Below, piece after piece: positions 24,771 through 35,597 of a stretch of 64,000 bases of DNA. Source of the DNA: Mobula birostris (taxonomy: Eukaryota). The stretch spans positions 99,340,699 through 99,404,698 of the forward strand of contig NC_092382.1 of the NCBI RefSeq assembly GCF_030028105.1, in the 5' to 3' direction. The position numbers and the translations under genes were made by a program. The first letter of the stretch is position 1, and each line of letters starts with the position of its first letter. The notes beneath the pieces are model-generated. The model ran no database searches, had not been told where the DNA came from, and saw only the letters and a program-made list of their open reading frames with translations.

Positions 24771-24870
24771 CTCCACCTGTCTGCTAATCTATATGTCTGT
24801 CTGCCTGTCTACCTATCCATCTGTCTATCGTTCCACTTCTCTGTCTGTGTTTATCTACTTATCCATCGTT
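24705..24870. repeat. (TATC)n microsatellite and CT-rich tract
   Basis: Direct reading. Confidence 0.9.
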
Positions 24871-25129
24871 CTTTCTTTTTCCCTTCCTTTCTCATATCGG
24901 CCTCTGTCTCTTTCCTTCTGCATCTGTATCTCGCTGTTTAAGTCTCCGCCGCTCCATCCACTCTTTCTTTCCGTATTTCCTTCTATTGGCGGGCGTCCTC
25001 TGTATTATTTTATGCACCAGTATTTATACCAAAACACAATATCTGTTCGGACGTATACCTCCACAGCTCAAGTCTAATTGGCAAGTGGCAAGTGTACCTC
25101 AAAATGCGGACATTTCCTAACTTCTGAGA

Positions 25130-26440
25130 GAACGCCTCCCGAATAATGAGTTCAACCCAGATAAGTGTGAGGTGTTTCATTTTGGTAGGTCATGTGTGAT
25201 GGCACAATTTAACATTAATGGTAAAATTCTGGGCAGTGTGAACGATCAGGGGGATCGTGGGATACGAGTCCATAGGACATTCAAAGCTGCTGCGCAGGTT
25301 GACTTTGTGGTTAAGAAGACTTGAGGTGCATTGGCCTTCATCAATCGTGGCACTGAGGTTACAAGCCGAGAGATAATGCTGCAACTATAGAGGAACCTGG
25401 TCAGACCCCACTTGGAGTACTATGTTCAGTTGTGGTCGCCTCACTACAGGAAGTATGTGAAGTATGTGAAAACCACAGAAAGGGTGCAGAACAGATTTAC
25501 AAGGATGTTGCCTGGATTTGGGAGCATGCTTTCTGAGAGTAGATTGAGTGAACTCGGCCTTTTCTCCTTGGAGCGACGAAGGATGAGAAGTGAGCTGATA
25601 GAGGTGCACAAGATGATGAGAGGCATTGATCGTGTGGATAGTCAAAGGCTTTTTTTCCCAGGGCTGAAATGGCTAACACGAGAGCGCATGGTGTTAAGAT
25701 GCTTGGAGGATGGTAGAGAGGAGATGTCAAGGGTAGTTTTTTTTTTTTACGCAGAGAGTGTTGAGTGCGTGGAATGGCCTGCGGCAGCGGTTACGACTGG
25801 GTCTTCTAAGAGACTCCTAGATAGGCACATGGAGCTTAGAAAAATAGAAGGATTCGCGTACCCCTAGGTAGTTTCAGGGGTGGGGACATGTTCGGCACAG
25901 CTTATTTGGCCGAGGGGCCTTAATTGTGCTGTAGGTTCTCTATGTTTCCATGTTTCTCACGCAGAAAACACATCTGGCGAGCATGTGGGAGGACTAATTT
26001 GGAAAAGTATGTCCAGTTTTGGTCCTAGAAGGGAGCTGCAAATAATGCTGAAATAACAGAGAGAAACTTTACAAGATGGTGCCGGGACTGCACGAATTGT
26101 GTTGTATGGACCTATTTCATAGTTTCGGGCTTTAAACTGTGGAACGTGAAGATTATGGGGAGATACGATAGGGGTATAGTCAGTTATGAGGTGTATCGAT
26201 TCAAGCAGCATTTTTTTCCACTGAGGTCGGGTGAGACTCAGTCATGTTATGTCATGACTCAGGGGTCATGTGTTGGGGGCGAAAGGTAAAATATTTGAGA
26301 TGAACTTTAGCAGGAAGTTCTTCATGGCGCTTGGTGAGGAGGTGGAACGATTTAGCAGCGGAAGTGATGGATGTGTTGTGTATTTCAGCATTAAAGGGAT
26401 ATTTGTATAAGTACATTGATTGTAGGACTTTGGTCCAGAT
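25130..26440 (+). mobile_element. Decayed CR1 fragments
   Basis: EYYVQLWSPHYRK and FSLERRRMR motifs; CR1 3' tail near 25950. Confidence 0.85.
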
Positions 26441-27504
26441 CTATTAATAGATGTGTTTGCGTCTTGCCGTCGAGTCTTGGGTTTCGAATCTGCTCTTGCC
26501 CCTGTATTTCCTTGTTACCTTACATATATACCGGTTAAAGCCTCGTGCTGCCTGTTTTTATCTTGTCAAGTTAATTATGATTGGCACGGGTTTCCCCACA
26601 TTCTATGCAGCGGGGTCCCTGTGTGTTTGCGGAGAATTATTCGTCTCTTTCGCACACATATTTGTAGGAAATACAGGTGCAGATATGGTTGATTGATTTA
26701 TTCATTCATTCATTTTACCGCGGTGTATTTCCTTATGCGACCGGTGATCATATTGCACGATAAACAGGCAAGAACAGTGTACTTAATAGATAGAGCCTGC
26801 TCGACCACACATAACCCACAGAATTTAATAAGTTGAAAAACACCAGAAATATACCGAACTAAAGAGGAAATTGAAAGTCTATGAAACATTCTCCCAACAG
26901 TAATAGTTACAATTTATATCATTCCAATGGTACGGCAGAACATAATAACACAGTTAGTTCTTCAGAAGGACACAGCACTAAGCATAGTTTGACCACTCGG
27001 AAAGTTCCGAACAACTGGGATATATGTCTGCTTGGCAATGGCCATACTTCAAGTTTTACCAAGTGGAGCCGAGAAGAAATTATAATAATTATTATTATAG
27101 ATACTAATAACAACATAATAATAGATAGCGTGCGAAAAGGCTCAGTCTGCAGCCGCTGAATATATAGAGCTTCTTGGGGTCTAAGGCGGTCGGATGACGT
27201 ATCACGTCACCTCCCGGCAGCTTCTGCAGCGAAACTGATTCCAAATGGGCTGCTTCGCATTCCTTTGGACCACATCCGCGAGGCCGAGAGGGCGATCTTG
27301 ATGTCTGGGCGGCCCAGGATCTCCATATTTATCGCCCAGGTCTGCGGCCCGGAAAGGGCGCAGCCATTGTCTACTTTGACAGACGGAGCCATGATGATTG
27401 GGCAATAGAAGGTGTTCTACAAGAATGACACAGGTAGAGGTTCTCTATGAAAAATCACACATGGAGCGATGCAGTCAATAAATTGAAGCTATTATTAAAT
27501 TAAG

Positions 27505-27600
27505 TCTGTTATTATTATTATTGTAGTTATTATTATTGTTATTGTTGTTGGTATTATTATTATTGTTGTTGTTGTTATTATTATTATTATTATTATTACT
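27505..27600. repeat. (TTA/TTG)n microsatellite
   Basis: Direct reading; source of the poly-Leu ORF. Confidence 0.95.
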
Positions 27601-27639
27601 ATCAGATTCTAAGACTATAATATTTAGGAACAGAATCAG

Positions 27640-29420
27640 GGATTTAGCCCGTCAAGCCTGCTCCACCATCTCATCCGGTCTGTTGTATTTTCATCTCAAT
27701 CCCAATCTCCTGCCTTCTCCCCTTATTCATTCAAGCCCGAACCAATTAGGAATCTGTCAAACTCTGCTTTGAATATACGTAACGCCGGAAATTCACTCCT
27801 TTCCAGCTGAAGAAATTTCTCTTCATCTTCATACTAAAAAGATGTCCCTCTATTGCGGGACTGTGTCCTCCAGTCTAAGGCTGTCCCATGGTTGGAAACA
27901 TCCACTCCGCATCCACTCGATGAACGCCTTTCACCATTAGGTAGGTTTCAATCAGATCATCCCTTATCCTTCTGAATACTAATGAATACGAGCCCAAAGA
28001 CATCAAACGCTCTTCATATGACAAACATTCAATCTTGCAATGAATTTCGTCAACCTCCTTTGAACGTTCTCCAGTTTCAACACGTCATTTCTCAGTTAAA
28101 CTTCCCGACCTGCTCCCAATACTCCAAATGAGGCCTGTCCAGCGCTTCATCAAGTCCCAAATTCTTTGAGGAGATTACAGGTAGGATAGATAAAGGAGAT
28201 GCAGTGGATGTTGTATATTTGGACTTTCCAAAGGCCTTTGACAAGTGCCACACGTGAAGCTGCTTACCAAGTTAGGAACCCATAGCATTGCAGGAGAGTT
28301 ACTAACATGGTTAGAGCATTGGCTGTTTGGTAAGAGGCAGCGAGTGGGAATAAAAAGATCCCTTTCTGGTTGACTACCAGTGACGAGTGGTGTTCCGCAG
28401 GAGTCGGTGTTAGGACGACTTCTTCTGGTGCTATATATAAATGATACATTTTAGATGATGCAATGGATGACTCTGTTGCCTAGTTTGCAGACGATACGAA
28501 GATTGGTGAAGGAGCAGGCAGTGTTGAGGGAACAGGTAGGATGTAGAAGAACTTCGACAGTTTATGAGAATGGGCAAGAGAGTGGAAAATGAAATATAAT
28601 CTTCGAAAATGCATGTCCATGCACTTTGGCAATAGAAATAAAAGTGCGGACTATTTTCTAAAAGATAAAAAAAAACTTCCAGGAACCTGAGATGCAGAGG
28701 GACTTGGAATCCTTGTACGGAACACCCTGATGGTTAACTTGTAGGTTGAGTCGGTGGTTGAGGACGGCAAATGTCATGTTAGCATTTATTTCAAGAGATC
28801 TAGAATACAAGATTAGTGATGCTGAGGGTTTATAAGACACTGGCGAGGCCTCATCTTGAGTGTTGTGTACAGTTTTGGACACCTCATCGTGGAACAGATG
28901 TGCTGACATTGCAGAGGTCCAACAGGAGCTTCACAAAGATGATACCAGGAATGAAAGGGTTATCACAGGAAGAACGTTTGATGGATCTGTGTCTCCACTC
29001 GCTGGAATTCAGAAGGATGAGGGGCGATCTGATTGAAGAGCTTTCGAATTTTGAAAGGCCTAGACAGAGTCGATGCGGAAAGGATATTTCCCATGGTAGG
29101 AGAGTCTAGGACAAGAGGGCACAGCATCAGGATAGAGCGGTGCCCTTTCAATACGGATATGCAGACAGATTTCTTCTGCGAAAGTATGGTGAACTTGTGG
29201 ATTTTGTTGCCACATACAGCTGCGGAGACCAGCTTGTTGGGTCTTTGTAGGCAGCGATAGATATATTCACGATTGGGCATGGCATCAAAGGTTACAGGGA
29301 GAGGGCCCGGAACTAGGGTTGAGGAGGAGATAATAAAGTATCAGCTATGATAGAGTAGCGGAGCAAACTCGATGGGCCAGACGGCCTAATTCTGCTCCTA
29401 TTGACTTATGGTCTTAATAT
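27640..29420. mobile_element. CR1 fragments (minus to about 28160, plus thereafter)
   Basis: YLDFPKAFDK, FADDTKIG, RPHLECC and SLEFRRMRGDLIE motifs; CR1 3' UTR near 29370-29420. Confidence 0.88.
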
Positions 29421-30139
29421 TATAACACTATAACAATACTGTACTCCAAATGAGGCCTTACATCACACTCAGCCAAATCACATTTGCCAGAGATGCTCCC
29501 AACAAGAAAACAGCATCCACTATGAAAGACCTCAAACATCTCGGCCATGTTCTCATTTCCTGTCTGCAGTTGTTACAGGAGCCTTTAGTATCGCAATATG
29601 AGAATCCTATGGGCTCACTCTCAATGATTGTAAAACTCATGACTATTGATGTTTTGATTGATTCCATTATGATTAATACTATTGATATTGTTATTTTTAT
29701 GCATTCGTTCATTTTTTCTTCTTTTTGCACATCAGTTTTAGTTCATTTTTGCGTGTATTTTTTCACCGATTCCATCAATCGCGAATGCCGGCTAGAATAT
29801 GTATCCCAGGTTCTTAATGTACAATCAGAATTAGAAAATAAACAGCTATAGATAATTACCTCCAGACGCCATTTAGATTTTTAAACCCCGCTCTCCCACA
29901 AAATTATTACAGAGTTTCTACTACTGGAGCACCTCAGTTCATAGACACACCGATATCCTCGAAAACCAAACGCTCCCTCCCGCTTCTGAACCATAATCCG
30001 GTCCGGTTCACTTCTATGCATCCGCCACTGCAACTATCACCCCTCCTTCTAAAACTCCCGGGGATTGCCTGCCCTCTCTCGATCGGCACGCACGCACCTA
30101 CGTATCCATGCGCGTGGATTTGGGAGCGCGTTCCGGATG

Positions 30140-31080
30140 TGGCCGTGTCACCGAATTTGGGAGGTTCAGCGAGTATCAAAGGTGCTCAGATTTTGGGCTG
30201 TGGCGTATTTCAAGGTTATATAATTTATACATGCTTTGACAATGAATTCTCATTTCAAAATTGACCTTTCTTCTTGCTATTTTTGTTATCGGCGGATACT
30301 GGGTGTCAACAGGTTTGGTTGTGTCTCGGGTTAGTGGCCGCGGGCACATTTTGGCGTTTCAGCGGTTTTCACGGTATTGGTGAATATTGACAGGTGACCG
30401 GGATTTGGTGCTGAGCTGGGATTACGGGCTGTGAAGATTTGTGGTGCGCACAGATTTGTAGGATTCGGCGGATTTCAGGTTGTCGTCGGATATATGGGGG
30501 GTGTTGTCACCATATTTTGGTCGCACGCGCATTTCAAGTACAACAAATTTGAGGGTAACAGCAGGAATTGAGCTGTCACCGAATTACTGGATGTCGGTGG
30601 GCATGAGGATGTCAATAGATCTGAGGATTTTGCGCAAGGGGTGACTCGTGTGGATTTGCGCGTGTCAGCACCTTTGCGGGGTGCATGCGAAATTGTGGAT
30701 AGATACTCGAGAATTTAGGGGTGTCAACCTAATTGCAGGTATCAGCAGAATTTGAGGTGCACCAGCGATCTCGGATTGCAATCAGAAATTGGATTCTCAG
30801 CAGATTTTGGGAGTTGTGAATGGCGTTGTGTGCGCGCGAATTTAGGGGTGTAAGCGGATTAGGGCGTGTCAGGAGAATCTGGAGTGTCATCGGATGCGAA
30901 GGTGAGCACGGATTTGTGGGTGCCAATCGATTCGGAGCATTGCTGGTTTTCGGACTTGTCCGGGATAATTGGAAGTCACAGGATTTAGGGGTGTGCACGA
31001 GTTCGGGTGTGTCGGTAGATTTGGGGTTTAGGGCTGGGGATTCGACGGATGTGGTAGTGTCACCGGATTTGGGAGTGCTC
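30140..31080 (+). repeat. Degenerate G-rich tandem repeat (GTGTCACCGGATTTGGG-like units)
   Basis: Clear units at 30145-30161 and 31057-31073, with many diverged copies between. Confidence 0.6.
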
Positions 31081-32180
31081 TGATAATGGGATTTTGACGA
31101 ATTGCAAAGTTGTATCATTGATGTCTCCTTTGATAGTAAAAGCACTTGCCACTTTGAGATCTGAAGATGGGGCGGCCATTTTACGAGACCTTACTGTCCT
31201 TGCAGACTGTAAATTTGAAAGCTCTGACCTGATCCGTGCTGTGGCATAATCTGATGTGGAGTTTGTGGATGTTATAACAGATAGATAGATAGATATGCAG
31301 ATAGAAAAATAGAAAGGGATAGTTCAGAGCAACAGAAAAATAAGACAGGTAGGCGCGCATGCAGGTTGATTGAGGGTTCAGAACGTCTATTGAGCGAGAT
31401 ACGATAAATGATAGATCGACAGAGACACGGAAAAAGTAACGAGATTGGTTTCATAATTCCTTCATTTGAAGTGACATCAGTACATTTCGATGGGCAGAAT
31501 GGGCTGCCGTTCCCGTCTCGGGGTGCACTCTCTGTCGAATCCCGTGGTCCAACAGCGCCCTCTCTCGGGCAAATAGTTTCCGGAAATACTCTTGCCGACG
31601 TAGCTGATTGGTTGACTGCTTCATGGACCATTTTACCATGGTTTATTTTCACATCGGTCCGGATATAATATTACACACTGAACAAGCATGAATGCAATTG
31701 ATTCCACAGAAACATAACATGCAGAAATCATGTCAATAAATCGGGATTGAAGGTGAGTGGAGTGGGTGTTTAAGGAGCCTTTAAAATGTTCGGTTTTTTT
31801 AAAAAAGTAATAAAATCGGCGGGAGAAGCACCGAAGATTGCAAGCTTCAGAAGGTCTTCTTGACCGGTACATGGAATGGAAAGGTTTTGAGGTTAACACG
31901 CGAACCTCTGGCTAATGCGATGGGCTTCGATAACAAAGCTGCCCTACGCAGAAGAATGGGGCCGAGGGGTTGTATCTGCACCGCCTGGAACATGACTACA
32001 GGCAAGTGCCATTTCTGTCCCAAGCAGACGATCAGATAATGATGTCGTCAGCAGGAGCTCAATCGGCAATTGGTGTATGGACAGTCTCGACGTCATATCC
32101 GGGAACACTCTCGACCGACAGAGCTCAGTTGAAGAAGCGAACGAGGCGCATTTGCTGTCGAACAGCGCTGCAGAATCGCG

Positions 32181-32690
32181 ATGCATTTCCCTCCTGACGT
32201 GCCCCTTGTCTGCCTAACTTTATCCCTGACACTCTTGCACAAATGTGAGTTTTTTTATTGATCAATTATTTTCTCACAGCGGGGTCGAAACCGCCGATTC
32301 AAGGACGATCCCAAATCGTGTTTTAAATAGCGGGATACTATGCCGTTGTCATCCACTTGACCATGAATTTCTCTCTCTTGCATGTTAATCCAGGTCTGTC
32401 GGCTGCACCAACAGTGGTCCAGTTACCTACCGCGGCCTCGGTTCGGCCGGGAGAACAGTTCAGTTTTAAGTGCAGTTTGGAGGGAGGCGGCATGAGCGGC
32501 TACACCATGTACTGGTACAGGCAAGTCGGTACGAGCCTGGAGTATGTCTGCAACGAGTATGGTTCATGCGACTCACAATTTAAACCGCGGTTCACCACAA
32601 AGCTCGAAGCTGCACAGAACAGCTTCACTCTGCAGCTCAGCAGCTGCGAGGAGACAGACTCGGCGACCTACTTCTGCGCAGCGAGTCTCG
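32181..32690 (+). CDS. TRBV: TCR V segment (probably beta; SYTMYW-type CDR1) with extra cysteines, intact
   Basis: Leader 32181-32244 (MHFPPDVPLVCLTLSLTLLHK, GTGAG donor). V exon 32394-32690: LSAAPTVVQLP...FKCSLEGGGMSGYTMYWYRQVGTSLEYVCNEYGSCDSQFKPRF...DSATYFCAASL. Confidence 0.85.
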
Positions 32691-32729
32691 CACGGCGGCT
32701 CACGTCTCGGGCTGCCTCAGACAAAAACC
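32691..32729 (+). other. 23-RSS
   Basis: CACGGCG, 23 bp, ACAAAAACC. Confidence 0.92.
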
Positions 32730-33079
32730 TCCCCCGTGATTCGGAGAACAGTCAGCCCATGACAGCCCGTTGCCCGCCACTTTCTCTGCGTCCATCGAAC
32801 TCATCTCCAAGTACAATCTTTTTTATCAGTCTCCCCTCACACGCACGTCCATCTAAAGTTCATTTGCGTGAAACGCTGCTGGGAGGAAGCTGAATCTATT
32901 ATGAAGTCCTCCGCCGTCAATGTTATCAACTCCCCATTACAGTAGATCCCACAACACTAGGTACCGAGATGGACTAACTTTCAGGGTTTGGACAATTCCT
33001 TTCTATTCATTGATTGATATAGTCGATCATTATGAATATAAGGCCGTATGAACCTAATATATACGAGCAGAATTCGGTT

Positions 33080-34570
33080 ATTTGCTCCAGCGAGTCTATT
33101 CCGCCACTTCATCTTGGCTGATTCAAATTTCCTTTTCAGCCTCAATCTCCCTCTTTCTCCCCTTACCTTCTCATGCTCAAAACAATCAAGAATCGATCAA
33201 CCGTTGCCTTCAATAATTCAAAGGATTCGCCGCTCTCTGTCCAAAGGAATTGCTCCTCACCTCCGTACTTCTACTTTGACACTGTGTCCCCCGGTCTAGG
33301 ATTGTCGCACCTTTGGAAACATCCCCTCCGCGTCAAGCTACCAAGGTATTTCACCATTGGGCCGTTTTCAATCAGATCATTCCTCATCCTTTTTTGAGTT
33401 CCAGAGCAATCAAAACCTCTTTAAACCATAAACCTTTAATTTTCGGATCATTTTCGTGAAACTCCTATGAAACCTCTACAGTTTCAGCACCTCTTTTTTG
33501 CTAAAACAGGAAACCGACAACGGCACACGATCCTCCAAATGAAGCCTCGCTGGCTCTTCATGAAGTGGGCCACATTATATTCTGGCATTTGTATTCTAGT
33601 ACTCTTGAAATAAGTGCTATCATCACATGTGCCTCCCTCACCACAGAATGCACCTAAATAAATTTTTCATGAATCCTGCGCAATGGCTGTGAAGTCCCTT
33701 TGCGCCTCAGTTTTTTGGCGTATCCTATCCATTTAGAAAATACTGTAGAATTTCATTTCTTCTGCCAAAATGCATGGCCATACACATACCGACACTGTAC
33801 TCCATCTTGCACTTCTCTGTCCACTCTTCTGATCCTGTGCTTTGGTAGCCTCTCTATTTCTCTCAGTGTAGGAAACATCCTCTCCACATCCATGATAACT
33901 AGGTCTTTCAATATTCACAAAAATTGCTGGTGAACGCAGCAGGCCAGGCAGCATGTATCAGGAGAGGTACAGTTGACGTTTCGGGCCCAGAACCTTCGTC
34001 TGCCCAGGACTGTAACGCTTCCTACAGATGCTGCCTGCCCTGCTACGTTCACCAGCGTTTCTGTGTGTGTTGCTTGTATTTCCAGCATCTGCAGATTACG
34101 TCGTGTTTGCGCCTTCAATATTCGATAGGTTTCAATGAGGTCCCCCCTCATTCGTCTAAACTCCAGCAAGTACAGGCCCAGAGCTATCAAACGCTCCTCA
34201 TATGTTAACCCTTTCATTCCTTGAATTGTCGTCGTTAATATTCTGTGAACCCTCTCCAATATAAGCAGATCCTATCTAAGATAAGCTGCCCTAAACTGCT
34301 CACAATACTCCAAGGTTGGCCTCACCAGTGTTTTATAAAGCCTCAACATCAAATCCTTGCCTTTATTTTCCAGTCGTCTCGACATTTTCTCTTTTGCTTA
34401 TCCCGCTTGTTATTTCTTTCGGAATTCCCAGAAAGTTGTCAGGCAAGATTTCCCTCGAGGAAACCATGCTGACTAGGTCCTATTTTATCAGGTTTCCCCA
34501 AGTACACTGGGACCTCATCCTCAATTTCCGACGCCAACAACTTCCCAACCACTAACCTCAGACTAACTGG
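33080..34570 (-). mobile_element. Decayed CR1 fragments
   Basis: GLYLLEFRRMRGDLIETY motif in ORF 33915-34259; further CR1-like tracts on either side. Confidence 0.75.
33917..34113. mobile_element. 197-bp hairpin-forming Penelope-derived insertion with 10-bp TSD
   Basis: TTCAATATTC at 33907-33916 and 34114-34123; internal inverted repeat gctggtgaacg...cagcat / atgctg...cgttcaccagc. Confidence 0.7.
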
Positions 34571-34836
34571 CCTCCAGTTTAAGTTCTATCGTACTTGCCG
34601 GTGCTTCCGTGCATGCCGGCGGGAAAATAAATCGCAGGTAGTACACGGTGACACATACGTAAGATCATACTAAATTTAATTTGAAATTTAAATGCTGAGC
34701 CTCCCAAGTCGGAGGAACTGTCGGCGATACCGTCGACCTTTGAAAACAGCAAATTTCTCTCAATAATTTTCTCAGTTTTGATCCGACTCAGCGAAAACTT
34801 TGAGCGCTTTACTCTCAGGCATTGGTGATTGATACA

Positions 34837-34850
34837 ACAGCAGGGGGCAG
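34837..34850 (+). promoter_or_regulatory. CTCF-type motif
   Basis: ACAGCAGGGGGCAG. Confidence 0.5.
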
Positions 34851-35380
34851 TAGAGGCATTTCGTTCGCTGTTGATGCGCTGGCCCTTGATGAGGGTGCTT
34901 CACCTGAGAGTCGGAGGTCCAGGGGTAGCATTACAGGGTTCTATACGCTCATCGACAAGGTTGAAGGTCAATGTCTCTTTGACAGGCGGTCTGAACCGAG
35001 CAGGCGTTCGTTTAATGTAGATGGATAAAATCTCACTCCGCCTCTGAGTTTCTGTTAATTACTGCTCATTTTTTCCGATCGGACCCACGGACTGCAGCCT
35101 CCTCAAAGCCCCTCGCTCTCTGTGTCGCCGTGGACTCGTTCGCAATTATTAATTGCCGTCAACGTGACACCACGCCGGGTACTGGTATAGGGGCACCGCC
35201 GAGATCCCGGAGACTCTCTGACCTGGAACGGATATATTGGTGGGCGCACGAGATGAGCTTTCAAAAGAAGTGATAGAGATGGGGTAGAATTGCAACGCAC
35301 AATTTACATTTGAAACAGGTGGCTTCGAAGGTTTCCCAGTGACCGTACTTGGCGCAATTTGTGAGTTTTTGACCGCCCAG

Positions 35381-35597
35381 CGTCAAACCTGTAACGGGAT
35401 TAGGATGGGACAGCACAAAGTTCTGCAACGTACGACGGCGAAAGCAAGACCGGTGGTGTTGCAGATGCCCGGTAAGGAGCGCAGCAGTTGTGCGTGAGAT
35501 TTGGGGAACCGGTTCAATGGGGAAGCAACCACTTCACTGTGTAGCTCGGCGGCTATACGCAGGCAGACTCGAAGGTCTATCGCTGTGCCGCGAACGC
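35381..35597 (+). pseudogene. Heavily decayed V segment
   Basis: GQHKVLQ(C>R)T; W..QMPGKE; NRF..NHFTV*LGGYTQADSKVYRCAAN, followed by heptamer-like CACCCAG. Upstream GTGAGTTTTT donor resembles that of the V at 32181. Confidence 0.6.

Noticed and set aside
32181-32690. IgH, NAR-TCR or TAILV identity for the Cys-rich V
   Set aside because: Lacks the VH-type GLEW/WV motif and an octamer promoter, and sits among TRBV-type genes. Not fully excluded without a phylogeny.
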